From positions 121,251 to 185,250 of the forward strand of contig NMRA01000486.1 in assembly GCA_002633005.1 (NCBI GenBank): 64,000 nt of DNA, in the 5' to 3' direction. Each line of letters opens with the position of its first letter. Position 1 is the stretch's first letter. The translations under genes and the position numbers were made by a program. Shown one piece after another: positions 1-14,100 of this stretch. The notes below the pieces were generated by a model. The model was not told the origin of the DNA, searched no databases, and saw only the letters and a program-made list of their open reading frames with translations. Origin of the DNA: Phoronis australis (taxonomy: Eukaryota > Animalia > Phoronida).

Positions 1-560
1 GCTAGTCACATGAATGTTATCGTGTTTGACAAACTACCACTTTAGATAGAGTTTTGAACGGGCTTTCAGATGATAATTTTCAGTTTGCGCTACAACGTCT
101 ACTTTTTGAATTATTCGAGATTTTCGGATACCGTTGTGCCAATTCGGTCACGCAGCTGGCTGGCTTTGTTTTGGTTATGCCTAGTTAACCCAGACTGACC
201 CAGCCAGCAGTGTCCTACTGTGGCATAGCTCTCTGTAGACTGTACAATTCCAGGGCAAATACTTATTGTAAACATAACTTTGCTTTGCAGACTGTCACAT
301 AGCGCCACCTATTTTAGAATGTGGGAACAGACATGACTCGTCCGTCATGCTGGGCCATCTATTGTTCTTTATTGTAGTTGATTGTCTGCTCTCTATTTGA
401 TTTCTTCGCTAGTCACATGAATGTTATCGTGTTATCGCCGCCGTGATCGTCTTGATTGTCGTCGTCTCCCTCATCGTCGTCTTTTCGATTAGTTCCGCCA
501 AGTGTCGCTCCTCCGAGCGCTCTCGTTATTTTTTGTTTTCTGTAAATGTGTAATGCTTTG
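1..560. repeat. Fragment of a degenerate interspersed repeat family (related to 4550-7400)
   Basis: 1-26 recurs at 408-433; 42-137 aligns to about 5438-5533; the ttccgccaagtgtcgctc motif at about 494 recurs near 5735 and 5885. Confidence 0.7.
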
Positions 561-1170
561 CCATTCATATGAAATTTTTATCGTTTTTGGGCTGGTACCG
601 TAACAAACCTCTTGAAACTAAAACTTGACATTCAATTTGAATTGTTTTTGTGCGAGACAATACTGGGAAAGATACTTCTGAAAAAGTTGGCTTCTCATTA
701 TCTGAGAATTTACTACCATACTTATTCAAGTTGATGACCAAGTTTGATTTAACGCTGACCCGGGAACTTGTAAATTTTCACTTTTCATTTCCCATGCTCG
801 GCTTTAAACACCTAGACCTGATGTAGACAAGGGGACAAATTGTTCGCAACATATTTCCACGCCTTACTGAAAAAGATATATTTCTAGACCCTATAATTGT
901 TGCTTCAAAATTCCATATATTTTCCACGAGAATTATAAGACCACCAAAGACATTACGATGAATGCTGAACAGCGGTTCAACCGCGACATAGTTCTACCAT
1001 CCACAAACACGTATGTGTTACAACTTCTTTATCTGTGTTCGTTAAAAACGAATTGTAGAAAGAGTGTATTGGAGCGATCCAACGTTATAAACAACAGGTA
1101 AGTTGTAATGCCCGACTCGATTGTGCTTTTCGTGAACCTTCTAATTCTGTAGAATTTATTGGGTTTAAAT

Positions 1171-1410
1171 ATAAACAATAATTGCAGGCGGTCTGATACA
1201 CGTTGTACCAGACGTGTGCAGGCCTCGCATGTGGGCCCATTGCACTGATCACCTGGAAATATTTTTATGCTTTATTAATATAAGGTTAAAACCGAGCTGA
1301 GGAGCTGGAAACCTGGCTCAAGGGTTTAGCAGTGTGACCTGGTGGGACTTGAACCCACGACCTCGAGTAAAGAAAGCGGGCACTTATCAACCAGGCCACT
1401 CTGCCTCCTC
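1171..1410 (-). mobile_element. tRNA-derived SINE
   Basis: Minus strand begins GAGGAGGCAGAGTGGCCTGGTTGATAAG (A box) and has GGTTCAAGTCC (B box), then a body shared with the copy at 8875-9118. Confidence 0.8.
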
Positions 1411-4400
1411 ACTTATTGGGGTAACTAAATAGACTTGTCGAAAAAGAGCTGTACGATATAAATTTTATGTTGCGCGGTGTTATTGAATTGTAAATTTAGC
1501 CACCGAAAGAAGTTTCATATATGAATGTTGTGTTGACGTTCAAGACATCTCACCATTCACTAAAAAGTAGTTCCATTGTCAGACAATGCGGAATTTTCAT
1601 GTTTATTGCCCTCACTGCCGAGTCGGTAATGAACTACTGAAGTTGCTGATAAAAGCATGTCAAGTTTATAGTCCCTGCAACCTCTGAGATTCTATCACAA
1701 TCATTTCACATTATGTGAAACGTACCAACATGAACTGACTCTTCAATAACGTTTTGCGAGTTTCGGGTGATTGTACATCAGCGCTACAACTTCTACCAAT
1801 AACTTTGACAGAACGTCGCTTTGATCCCCATTACACCGATATTTCAGCGAGTACCGAAGCTTGGATTTTAAATCCTACTATTTTAGCGAAGTTTCACTTG
1901 CAGATTAACTACCGAAGTTAAGCTTTCCCACTTACTGAAACTTAGGTAAAAGCGAAGGTTTGACTGTAATGGGAAAGCACCATTTCAAGTCATAACAAAT
2001 ACGGTCACACTTGTATTTGTTGTCCGATTGCTGTTGTTAAAATAGTCTACACCTGCATTGGTTGTTGTGCAGGATGGATATGTGAATACTTAATTAGTAA
2101 GAAAAATGACCTCAATAATTATTCCCTTGTTCCAACTACTATTAACAATAATTATTTTGTGTAAATTGACACTGCATGGATTATTTTGAAGTAGTTCTGG
2201 TCAGTCATATCAAGAATTACATTTTCTGTATTTCTGTCACATAAAAATGTAGTGTGACACGATACCACACAAAAGTAATCGGACAAAATACCATTTCCTA
2301 GTCGCGATGACCAATTCTTTTAACAGCAAAAATGACCGGTAATGACTATTTTAGTGGCAAAACTATGATAAGAGAATAGCTTAGCCACCTTTTTCATTCC
2401 CATTACTTCCCCTTAATTATGGGTCATCAGGGGAGACTACTCTGACTAAGAATTTGGCTTCCACTCAGTCATCCTGAGGAGCGAGTCATTTTGTCTGAAT
2501 ACTTTTGGCTTGTACTGTAAATGTATATCACTTAAACTAATAGACAGATTTTGTCTAAAATTTTATATCCATTGTGAATGTTCAGTTAGTGTTTAAATAT
2601 GCAATTTGGGCAATAGTCTCCTACAGGGGTCCTTTAGTTTTGAGTACCAGTTTGATGCCTATTTTTCAGTGGACAAAACTGGTTCTCAAGATGCGAGACA
2701 CTTGTAAGTGACTTAATTACTGCGATTGAGTTGAATGTTCCCTTACTTCTGGAAAAATGTGATTTTATTTTTTGAAATTTCTCACAAGAAACAGAAAATT
2801 GCCTCAATGGGACAGTGCTCTCTAGTTGTCTGGCGATGACCTTTAATCAATATTTTATTGTTTGCTGCGTGGTAGTCAACCGTTGAGATTTTGAGGATGG
2901 CAATTTTAAAGCTGCATTTTGTGGCTAAAAACAAACTGAACCCTTTACTCTCATACAATTCACATGTCTCCATAATATTCCTTACCATGATCAGATTCTG
3001 TTTTTGTAGCAACATTAAAACATGAAGACCATCAACAAGTTTATTGCTTTGGCCAATTCTGAAATTGCGAATTTGGAAACCTTGTACATTGCTCGTGTCT
3101 TGAGGGGGTAACAAAAATGGACTCTTATCACGGTCAAGGAATATTATAAGATGATTTTCTGAGAGAAAGCCCAGTTGATTTTCCTTTTTTAGCCAGCTGA
3201 ACAGAACATAATGCAACTTTAATAGTTTTTTTTAATTTAAAACAATGAATGATTGCCCTAGCTAATTTGAAGTCTGATAGTTACTGCTTGAAATGTATAC
3301 TTCAAAGCACCGTCAAGGAACTTTAATTGTGTACCCCATAGAGGTTTGTCTACCACAGGCAGTAAAAATACAGTGACCAGTGAAGGCGGTGGGAGTGAAA
3401 AGCTCACCCGTCTATCAGCCACTTGGATGGCACGAAGCAGAAATTGCCAATGGACGACTCCGTCTTATAGACATGACCACTTACTAGCATATGATCCTAT
3501 AATTTGAACTCATTAGTTTTTTCATTTCTACATGATATTGCCTCATCTGTTCCCTTGACTACAAAATCAGAAATCTAGAGTAGACACAATACCTGTGTCA
3601 CTCGTATTTAACTTCTCAGGTATGTATCTTGGGACACCTACCTGAGATGATTCTGCAAAGCCAAATTACTGTCAAGAGGCGATGTCTGACCATATCTGTG
3701 ATAAACCTGTGCAGGTACAGTACAAGTCAAAAGTTTTCAGACAAAATGACCCTGAATTTCCCGACATGATGACTGTACAGAAACTCCTGAATTCGACATC
3801 AGAGTAGTCTTCTCTAATGATTGAGAATAAACTCGAGGGGAACTGAGGAAGGTTAGTAAGCTGGCTAAGCCATTCTGTAGTTACAATTTTCTTCTGATCA
3901 TAATTATTATCAGTCATTTTTACAGTCAAGAAAATATACATCATGCCGTGGAAATGGTATTTTATTTGATTACTTTTGCCTTGTACTTTAAGCCACCTTC
4001 ATGAGTAGAAACCTCAGAGGAGGCAAACCTAGGTCATGACCTCAAGCAACACTCCAATGGGAGACCCCAAATTGTTATACTAGGCATCTGATTCCACTCC
4101 CATTTCTACCTAAGAGGTTCAAAGGATTGATTCAATGAACTGTAGTATCACCTGCAAATTTTGTTTTGGTCAAGCATTATTAGTAGCCTACAACAATTAA
4201 TAACATCAAGATGGCTTATCACTTACGGTATATCCAAATCTTGAAGATGAATTTTCGAACTGTTTAGCTTACTAAGACGCAGGATTGGAATTAGGTTTTT
4301 ATTCTAATGCAGTAAAGCTCATAATATCCCTTACTGAATTAGGGTTAATATTTCTGTTATCAACAAGAACGTCAAAACCATCAGCGACTCAAGAAAACGC

Positions 4401-4549
4401 TTCAGAGTTTATTGGGGTTGGCCAACCCTAAAGTTGCAGATTCGAAAATGACGAGTGTTCATTGGTAACAGAAATTGAATCCTAACTACAGTAAGGAAAA
4501 TTATAATTATAGTAATTGTAGTAAATGGATGAACTCAATTTTTCATTTT

Positions 4550-7400
4550 TTATCACCTGACTAGGGCGAAATGCAGCTTTATGTTTTGCGGTGAGTCTCC
4601 CAGGGGGTGTGGATACTCGTGTGGTGTCAATGGTGATTAGTATTTCATTACTTGGGAAAATTTTTTCCCAAATATGTTGCCACTTTCTTTATGTTTTTTT
4701 GTTGTTTTTGTTACTTGGCGAAATAAATTTCGCTAAGTATGTTGCTCTTCCACTAAGTTTGTTTTTTTTTGTTTGTTCGACAATACAGGTCGCAATTTTC
4801 GTCCGATCATCACGAAATTTACACGCAACACGTATTTCCGGAAGTACTGGAATCCTATTGTTTTTCGTCAAAATCGGATCCAAGATGGCGGCTGTGGCGG
4901 CCATTTTGTTTTCATTTAAAGGTTCAAATGCTTCTGGAGGCTACAATTTTTTACGTAAAAGGCTAAGAATCGGCACAATAAATGGACCGGAAGTTTGCTA
5001 CAAGTATACCGGAAATTGTTTACTTCCGGTTAAAGATGGCGGAAATATCGGCGATCGCGCATGCGCACCTCGATTTTGGCCTAAAAACGTTTTCTCCTTT
5101 AGAGGGCGCATTATAAGACGAATTCCTTCGACTTTTTGCAGGTATTAGTTTCTTATGACATGCCTTTATACAAAGCCGAAAAACCGGAAGTTGCTTTCAA
5201 GATGGCGGATCTGGCGCATGTTGACCCATTTTCAGTCGTGCTGGAGTGCGATTTTAAGCGGAAAGAGACAAAGACATGATTTTTTGCATGTGGATTCTTT
5301 GAAGCATATTCTTTCAAATGGCTTCTAACATTTTTTTCTCAGACTTACCGTTTTTGAGTTATTTGACTTTGAATTTCTTAAAAAAACGCAAATTTCATTT
5401 TTTTCGAAAAATTTACGGAAATAGGCGATACCATCGTTTAGATAGAATTTTGAACGGACTTTCAGAAGATGTTTTCCATTTTTCGCTAGGACGTCTACTT
5501 TTCGAGTTATTTGAGATTTTCTGATAACGCTGTTCCTTTGTTGAGCACTCTTGCTGCATTGATGTTGGTTTATCTTCTATTGAACTAGACTGCAGCCTAT
5601 TTCTTATTGATTTATGACATCTAACTTCGTCATATGAATGTTGTGATGTTGTTCATCATCACCACCACCATCATCATATTTGTCATCATCGTCATCATCT
5701 TTGTCATCATCTCCGTCGTTGTCTTTTCCGTTAATTTCGCCAAGTGTCGCTCAAGACTGTAGCCTTTTTCTTACTGATTTCGGACTTCTACATTCGTCAT
5801 GTGTATAATATTATTACTACATTTGTTCATCCTCGCCACCATCGTCGTCATATTCGTCATCTTCATCGTCATCTTTTTGGTTAATTTCGCCAAGTTTCGC
5901 TCCTCGGAGCGCTTTCATTTTTTTGTTTTTGTTTTGTTTTTTTTTTTTGTCCGCACTGTACAAGTCGCATTTCTGAACAGATTCACATGAAATTTTAACA
6001 TGAGATTGTCCGGAATAGCTCGAAGCCTATTGTTTTTCGTGAATATTGGATCTAAGATGGTGGCTGTGGTGGCCATTTTGTTTCCAAAAATATACAAAAA
6101 GTCACTAAAATACAGTTATTTTCGGGTTTTCTCCAAAATTACAATTTATGATTCTAGTTTCTTACCTATCGATATGCTAAGGTTCAAGTTGATCACTGTC
6201 AAGATGACGGAAATTTCTGCCATTTTGTAAGGATAACCAAGTTTTCGGCCAAAACACGTTTTTTCTCTTTCAGGTCTCGTTTTACAGTTTATTAGTTTTA
6301 TGTTCTAGGGCATTAGTTATGTGTCTATATTAAGCATTTTTTGTCCAAATTTTTTCCACTTCCTGTTCAAAATGTCGGCGTAACTGAAAAACGTGATAAC
6401 TCGGTTTAATCAGATGTGCTTGAAAACGGTATTAGCTATGATTACAAAAATTTGCACCGACATTCTCCAACTTAAGCCCTTTTGAATGACCAGAGCAACT
6501 TTTCTCTCAGACTTACGGTTTTCGAGTTATTTTTAATTAAATGGCAAAAAAATTCAAAATTTGCTTTTTTTAGTGGCGCCATCTATTGAAAAGCCACATT
6601 ATTTAGTCGATCAACATGAAACTTTTTTAGATTTATTATTTGAAGGTGCTGTGTACACATGCCATTTTTTGTTGAAATCATATCCAAGATGGCAGACATA
6701 GCGGCCATTTTGTTTTGCATTTTTCATCTGATTGACTTGAAATTTTGGTAGAACATTGGTTTCAGCCATGGCTTGAAACAAACTGTTTTGGGTCAAAATC
6801 GGATCAAAGATGGCGGCCATGGTGGCCATTTTGATTTTTGAAAACCAAACCGCCTTTTGTGATTGAACATGTGTGCCCAGGTAAATATGTACATAGAAAT
6901 AATTTTTTACATAAGCAATCAATGAAGAACAAAAAATACCAACATGAGGAGTTCAAATGATCACACAAAACCCAAAAAGTACCATCATTTCCACGCAAAG
7001 TTAACAGCCTAACACAATCTCCCACTCAAAGGCATAGGCCTATGTTTGGTTTAGTTTCGGTCACTTTTAAATTGAGATTTTGAATTTTGGCACATTTCTC
7101 ATCTCTTGCCAAATTTCAAAGATTTTGGGGTCCACATTACCTGTCCAAGATAGCATTTAAATTCCCTTAAATTCAAATAGATGGCGTTACAATCGGTTAC
7201 AAAGTGTACGTCAAAAATGGTCAATTGACTGCATTTAGGTGCACGAAGTTGTTTTTGTTTTTGTTTTACGTCATGTTACCTTTTTGTCTTGGCATCTAAA
7301 TTTTCCCAAGTATTTGCTCTCCGAACACCGGTTATTTTTGGTATTTAATTGGAGGTTGGCAACTTCAGAACTAATAATTCTTGTAATTTTTGTGAAATAG
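4550..7400. mobile_element. Composite degenerate repeat or non-autonomous DNA element with tandem subunits
   Basis: Repeated modules aaaatcggatccaagatggcggc...ggccattttg (about 4870, 6045, 6680, 6795), ttctcagacttaccgttttcgagttattt-like segments (5336, 6505) and aatttcgccaag. The ORFs here are uninformative. Boundaries are approximate. Confidence 0.6.
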
Positions 7401-8874
7401 GTCCATATTTTAAACTGAGGTTTCTTAGCAAACTAGACATTGGTATGGATGTTCTTTCTAAGTATTGATAGATCTGATTTTTGACCCGGTACATGCACTC
7501 CAAACCCATTATATGTACAGAACCTGCCAGGGTTGAGTTTCGGTACTTGTTCTTTTCTTTGAGACAAAAATAATTTTTGAAATGAGCTTTTTTCTGTTGG
7601 AAGGGCTTGATACATAACTACAGATTCTCAAATTTTTCCACTGTTTAAGTTGGCTTAAAAGCAAAGCAAAACTTTCGAACATTTATTTCACTGATAATTT
7701 TTTTTTCTCATGTTGTTTCTTAAAGTATTGTGGAGTGCGTGTAACCAGTGCACAGGGTTGGCTCAACTTGACTGTTGGTTAAAACCAGTGATCACCCTCG
7801 CTGTACAGTCAGACACACTCATTAGAGGTCCCCTGTGACTTGACACTGCTGCTAAATACTTTATGGAAACTAACTGTAATAGGCATGCAACTACCAGTGA
7901 GATATTGAAGTAGTAAGAATTCCCCTCAGATGCCATGCTGTTTTTATGACCATCTTTTAGTGTTTGTTTGTGAACAAATGCATAATGCTAGTAATTAGCG
8001 CTGTCTCCAACAGAAGATTTATCTTTGTCAGAACATGTAATCATCCATAGTGTGTACAATAGAATGTTGAGAACGTTCCTATTAACCTATACTGCTATCA
8101 ATTCCCGCCCCTCAATGTCCACATAAAACGCTACATCGGATTTCCCAACCTGCAACTATGATTTTTTCTTATCCATTCAAATTATGGTAAAGTTTCCTCA
8201 AATTCGAACAAAATTTATAACCAAAATTGTCATTTTTTATTTTTCAAATGTTCACTATATTGACATAAATTTTCAGAATTTCATTGTACGTTGCTGATGA
8301 CAGCTGTACCATTTAAAGTTTTCTTCTCGTCTACTGTTGTTGAAAAGTTTGATGAAATAAAATTTCAGTTTTCCGCCACATTGTGTTCTAATTTGAAGAA
8401 GCTTTACCATGCAATCAGCTCTGTCCACAGCTTCTTTTGTTTAGAGATTATTGAACGGAGATAGGGACCAGTGATAACCAATACCCGTTCACGTGTTCAC
8501 GGTGAACATTGCCCCTCCATACCCTCAGGAACTTTTTAGTTTTGAATTTCAGCAGCCAGATCAGTAACTCTAAATATCTGAATCTGTCTTGTGATAGCAT
8601 TGCGTAATACCAGTATTGGGAAGTATCACTGCTATCCTGACTTAAGCTTTGCTGTTTACTATGTACACGTAGAAAATTATTATTATTGTTCAGTATCGTC
8701 CAAAACTGTCAATTCCATTATTGAGTGCAGTCAAGATATGAATACCTCTATTCTGTGACTAGGTATATGAACACGAAGTAGGATATTAGTATAATAATTT
8801 ATACAATGGTTTCATTACATATCATATGAGTTGTCTCTCAACTTTAGAAATTGTTTCACCAAATGTTCATTATA

Positions 8875-9118
8875 GAGGAGTCATTGTTGCCTAGTAGGAT
8901 AAGTGTCTACTTGCTTTACTTATGGTTTGGAGCCCGCCAAGGCACTTTGCTAGACCCTTGAGTCAGATCTCTAGCTCCTCAGATTGGTTGTTTTATCTGA
9001 CTACGTATTAGTAAAGCATAAAAATGGCTCCAGGTGATCAGCGCAATGGGCCCACATGAGTGGCCTGCTCACGCCTTGTACACCGTGTACCAGACTGCCT
9101 GCAGTTATTTTTTATAAA
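8875..9118 (+). mobile_element. tRNA-derived SINE, second and more decayed copy
   Basis: Colinear with the reverse complement of 1171-1410 (acccttgag.cag, agctcctcag, taaagcataaaaat, ccaggtgatcag.gcaatgggcccacatg, cagac.gcctgca); B box degraded. Confidence 0.78.
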
Positions 9119-10276
9119 CTGTTCATAATACGGTAATAATTTGATAAGTTCACGGTACTATGTGGCAGACAAGTAGAATTCTGTTTTATCAACTTTTTAA
9201 ACAAAATTATTGTTCAACTTATTTGTACATATCGTAGCTACCATTGAACAGACTGAAAAATCCAAGTATTTGTAAGGCTATAGTCTTACTACAGTTTAAC
9301 TCTAGTAAGCGTAAAAGTGTAGTATTACTAGTCTTTATACTACAGTCTTACTCTAGTAAGAGTATAGTGATGTCTTATTAGTCTTACTGTAGTAAGAGTG
9401 TAGTAAGTCTTTCAATTTGGAAACTGCAAAGTGGTAGTTTTGCCAATTATTTTTATTTGAAACTGAAGACTTTTTCACAGCAGAATGTACGGTACTGTAA
9501 AATTTGCCTGAATTTGTCATTTCTATTTTGTTTAGCATATCTCTACTGTTATTCCAGTTGATCATTTTGGCATTCACATGTATTTTGAAATCCCAGAAAT
9601 ATTTCATAAAAAATACTCGATTTAAATTCCACAAACGGTCATGTCCACAAAAAATTCATGAATACTGGAAAGTAGGGTCCCCCCTATTGGTAAACACTGA
9701 CACTACAGAAAACGATCGTAATTTTAATTGAATCAACAAATTACATAGGCCATGAATAATTTTTCTGGACCAGCGAAATTTGGTGAAACTCAAAATCCTA
9801 GCAAATCCGTGTCCCAATGTAAAACTTTTTCCTAATAAAAGTGTGCGTACAGAAGTGCAGATTATAAAAAAGCCTAAAACTGAATTCTATAAGTTTTCTA
9901 CTTGGAGAAAATATATAGTACTTTTACCGATTTAAAATCTACAGATTTTGTAGATATTTGGTTTAATATACAAACTAGTCTATAAAGTCCTCTAACATAA
10001 TCTGAACAAGCAATTTAGGTGTTGAGGAAATATAACCCAATTACTGGTGAAATTGACTCCTTCATGAGAAGCTTGTCTGTCTGGCACAATCGTCAGCATT
10101 TTCGCCACTGATGTGAACCTAGACGAAATGTGAATTGGTTACAGTATGCATTAAGTCTGCCCGTTACCTATACTTTGTAATAGTCACCTGTCTGAGGTCC
10201 AGCTTGTGATGGCAGTCAGCTCTGTTGATAGTCGCGCATGAATGTCGTCTATTGGCACTTGGCAGTGATTGGATGG

Positions 10277-10277
<1 letters not shown>

Positions 10278-10332
<55 letters not shown>
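10278..10332. repeat. (TA)27 microsatellite
   Basis: Uninterrupted TA run. Confidence 0.98.
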
Positions 10333-10334
<2 letters not shown>

Positions 10335-10839
10335 GTTCCAACAATCCGATCCACTTGTTTTTCAAGGCCACCAGGGATTGTGTCATGAACGAGTCTGAAT
10401 CTGATGACGCTGGCTCACTTCTCAATTGTTATGTCTCACCATTTCTGCCTGTTTCCTAACACGCTTTCAACCAACGCTTCTTACTAACCAGATTGTAACT
10501 CAAATATTGCAATGTTGTTTTATTGATGTCAACTATTTACGTATTCACTGCTACACTAGTGTGTATTGGTGCTCTCTTATGTGTAATTGGTACTGCGTTC
10601 CCTATGGTGCCAGTCAACACTTTTTCGTGATTTTTCTTTCCCTAGGCAATACTAACTCCAGGAAAGCGATTTTTTTCTCTTTTCAACAAAATCAAAAAAT
10701 ATGTAACATATGCAGCTGTTGACTCTTCATAAACCTTGCCTACAGTCTAAAATACAGTCTCGTTTGAAGTACTTGTTTTGTTTTTATGACTGCAAAATTG
10801 ATAGTTTTCTGGGAAACGACAAGAGCTGTGGTGGCACCA

Positions 10840-11028
10840 TAAGTGGCAATTTCTCAGTGCATCCGTGTAGGTCTTCATGAAATTCGTTTGGGAGTTTCTG
10901 TACGATTGATGTCAATATTTGAATGGATCAGATTACCGCGGAAATCTTTGGAAAATGAACACCTCACATTTGGTATCTTTTGCATTACACGCCGTAGGCA
11001 CCACATATTGCTTTGCCTCTTGTTTCAT
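10840..11028 (-). pseudogene. Possible THAP-domain relic
   Basis: ICGAYG then, after a 1-bp frameshift, CNAKDTKCEVFIFQRFPR*...Y* resembles the THAP C-x-A-Y-G-C...F.RFP...W pattern. Confidence 0.35.
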
Positions 11029-12017
11029 TGTGTGACTGAAAAACTGAACAAATGTCACCACACATGGAGTCCGTCTCAAAAGCTCAGCTAATCCAGCGAT
11101 ATCTAATTACTGAATAAGATTGGCAGGAAAAGTTATTGAGTGCCACTAAAGTATAAGTCTAATTAACTTTTATTTGTCATTTCACTAAAGAGCAGACGTC
11201 TACATCAGAATTTTATTGTATAACTGAAGCAAGGGAGTGTATAACATATTCGATGTTGTACATGGTGGCTATCTCATTATGACCAAAACATTGGACAGTG
11301 TTTTTAGCATTCTGTTGAAAATATGCAGTTGCATAAATCGATGGCTAATACATTAGGGGTGTCTAACAAGGATGAAGCAATCAATCTCGATGGATTTTTG
11401 TGCCCGTTTAAAATGCATTTTCTTCTGGAATGGTACTGAAATGCATTTTGCTGAACGCGGGCTTGTATTTCAAATGAACGGTGTAATCTTGGAAACATCA
11501 TTTTAAAAGAATTAGATCTTGTGTCACATGCGATTACATTCATTTTCATTAACTTGAAAACAAATCTTAATGATGTTGTTTGTTAAATATATTGTGTTTT
11601 AGACATGAAATGGACATTTAATACATTAACCTGAATGTCTGACAAAGCGTTAAATAGAAATGGCTGTTATTGCTTGCAATTTTTTCTAAAGTGTAAAATA
11701 TTACTTCCGTAAGCTGTTGTCACTGTCAATCAAGCCTTTCTCACTTCCTGTTGACCAGGTAAGTGTGGAGTGGTTCCTAATGACGTCTGTGCGTCGTGTT
11801 GTATGATTGGACGTCCACTAAGAAAGCTTTATAAGATAATTATGCTTCTTGTCATTCCGCAGTGCATTAAAATCTGATTTAGAGCCATTTTTCAATGTAG
11901 CGATGACGTGATTTTTCAATGTAGCGATGACGTGATATGATATTGTACCTTATCGCTAGATGATGTTAGTGTTAGTTGGTTGGGCAGCATTCTTAATTGA
12001 ATTTTTTACTCTAACTT

Positions 12018-12313
12018 TCACTGCCACACATACTTTTCAGCGTGTTATCCAGTCACTGCCAAACACACCTTTCAGCGTGTTTATCCAGTCACTGCCAAAC
12101 ACACCTTTCAGCGTGTTTATCCAGTCACTGCCAAACACACCTTTCAGCGTGTTATCCAGTCACTGCCAAACACACCTTTCAGCGTGTTTATCCGGTCACT
12201 GCCAAACACACCTTTCAGCGTGTTTATCCAGTCACTGCCAAACACACCTTTCAGCGTGTTATCCAGTCATTGCCAAACACCTTTCAGCGTGTTTATCCAG
12301 TCACTGCCAAACG
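12018..12313. repeat. Minisatellite, 33-36-bp unit, about 8 copies
   Basis: Unit actgccaaacacacctttcagcgtgtttatccagtc with small indels. Confidence 0.95.
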
Positions 12314-13566
12314 TGTCAGTCGACATTATTTGGGCACGTTCACGTTATTGACCTAGTTAATCCTAAAATTCATGGGAGATAACTACCTTTTCACGACATC
12401 AGATGATGGGAAGACTGTAGTTTTACCAAATCCTGAACAAGTTAAGTTTATATTTTTTGAATAAATTTGGGTCTGTCGCTTACCTGTTGAATTGCAGTGG
12501 ATGCAAATTGGCCTCTAAACTGCCCATCATAGAGATTTGATTGACTAAAATTCACCATTATTCTAATTCATAATTTGAGTGTTGAGTGTTAGAGAAGTAA
12601 AAAATGAGGTAAGCATCATTGTCAAGCAAAATCCTTCATTAAAGCCTAACTTCAACTGAATTTTGTTATTTTAGATGTATTGGGCTAAACAGGTACTCCT
12701 AGTAAAACTTTAGCAAAATAAGAAAGCGCGAGTTTAATTACGCAAATGCAGGCCCGTCAAATGATAGGTGTAACTACCTTTCCGTGCTATATTGCGTTAC
12801 CGTGAGATCCCTGCACTAACAACAAAAGGTCGATAACAGGTGTATTGAATAGCGGACTGAATAGAACACCATTGCATGTAGGTGTTATTCGCAGCTGTTT
12901 GAATTAAAAAGTGATTCTCGCCGTGACGTAGACAAAAGAAAACCAATACGCCTAACAGTTCGTTACAATTTCTGGTACTAGTGGGCTCAAGGCGATGCTC
13001 TTAATATACGGTAGGATCCAAATGTACCAGCTGTTACCTTTCAAGTGTAGTGTTTAATGAATATTTAAAATTGCCGAATTCTTTCCTCTCTGTATCCTAC
13101 AATAGAATATCACAATGCATGCGTCTTACCCTGAATGTTTCCTAACAATCCAACAGATGGCAGTTTTAGTGACTGCATCTTGTGCTCTACGTAGCCTCAA
13201 AATTCATTTGGCTCTCAGATGTCCAGTAACTTAAAACCCTACTCGTCAAATAAAGAGTTTTTGTTGTCACACATTTTTGGCATTTTATTAATTCTTTTCG
13301 ACCATCATGCTTGCTGTCTAAAGGCCACTATTAAGAGCTTTGAGATATTGAAACCATACAGATAAACACATAGATTTTAATCTAGAGTCAAAAATTCAAT
13401 TAAGAATTAAAATTCTTGTTAACACAACCAAGCAAAAACGCTTGTCCAATTGAGTCAGAAAATAGTTTGAGATCTAGATGGATTAAATAGTCTATTTGTG
13501 TGAGAAAAAGTGGCTCAGTTATGAACAGAGATGATGGAGGGTATAAATTGTCTAAAATTTGGAGGA

Positions 13567-13634
13567 GTGTCATCACCATGCCACCTAGTGTCATCATCAT
13601 GCCACCTAGTGTCATCACCATGCCACCTAGTGTC
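13567..13634. repeat. 21-bp tandem repeat x3
   Basis: gtgtcatcaccatgccaccta. Confidence 0.9.
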
Positions 13635-14100
13635 CAATAGCTTGCAAAGATGGCTGCTGTGGGTATCCGAAACTGTCAAGGTACAGCGTTTTTGCTTGGT
13701 CGTGTTAATAAGAATTAATCTATGTGTTCTCTACCAACCTTATGAAATTATTTAGTGACATGCAGATAAACATGGTCAACCTCTCAAAAAATCTTGTCAA
13801 CTCAATTAAACGTTGGTTCTGGTCAATGGTAAGATGCCTTCATGCCACACAATCACACAACACTAAAATATTGTATGTAGAATGTTTCCTACTGAAAAAC
13901 AAACTACTGGCGTATGTGTTTTTCTTCTGGAAGTGGACAGAGTGCAGAGCTAGTCAGTCATGCTTCACGGATCCAAGCAGGTCTTCATCAAGCCACCCTC
14001 CAAATGGACACCGTGACTCAAAATCAGGCACTATATCTGAGACCCATTGTTCGATATTTGGATGCCCAAGTAAAGTAAGCTAGTAGCAGCAGAGTCTCTT

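Noticed and set aside
1330-1410. tRNA gene
   Set aside because: A and B boxes are present but no convincing cloverleaf, and it continues into a body shared with a second copy; it is a SINE head.
4591-5148. 185-aa hydrophobic ORF as a membrane protein gene
   Set aside because: Lies in a T-rich degenerate repeat; KMAA.AAIL simply reflects the aagatggcggc motif repeated several times nearby.
13929-14078. Possible additional coding exon (…QAGLHQATLQMDTVTQNQALYLRPIVRYLDAQ with GTAA donors)
   Set aside because: No recognisable match to the expected upstream MON2 sequence and no clear acceptor. No MON2 exon was found in 1-17038 or after 59050, though short ones could have been missed.
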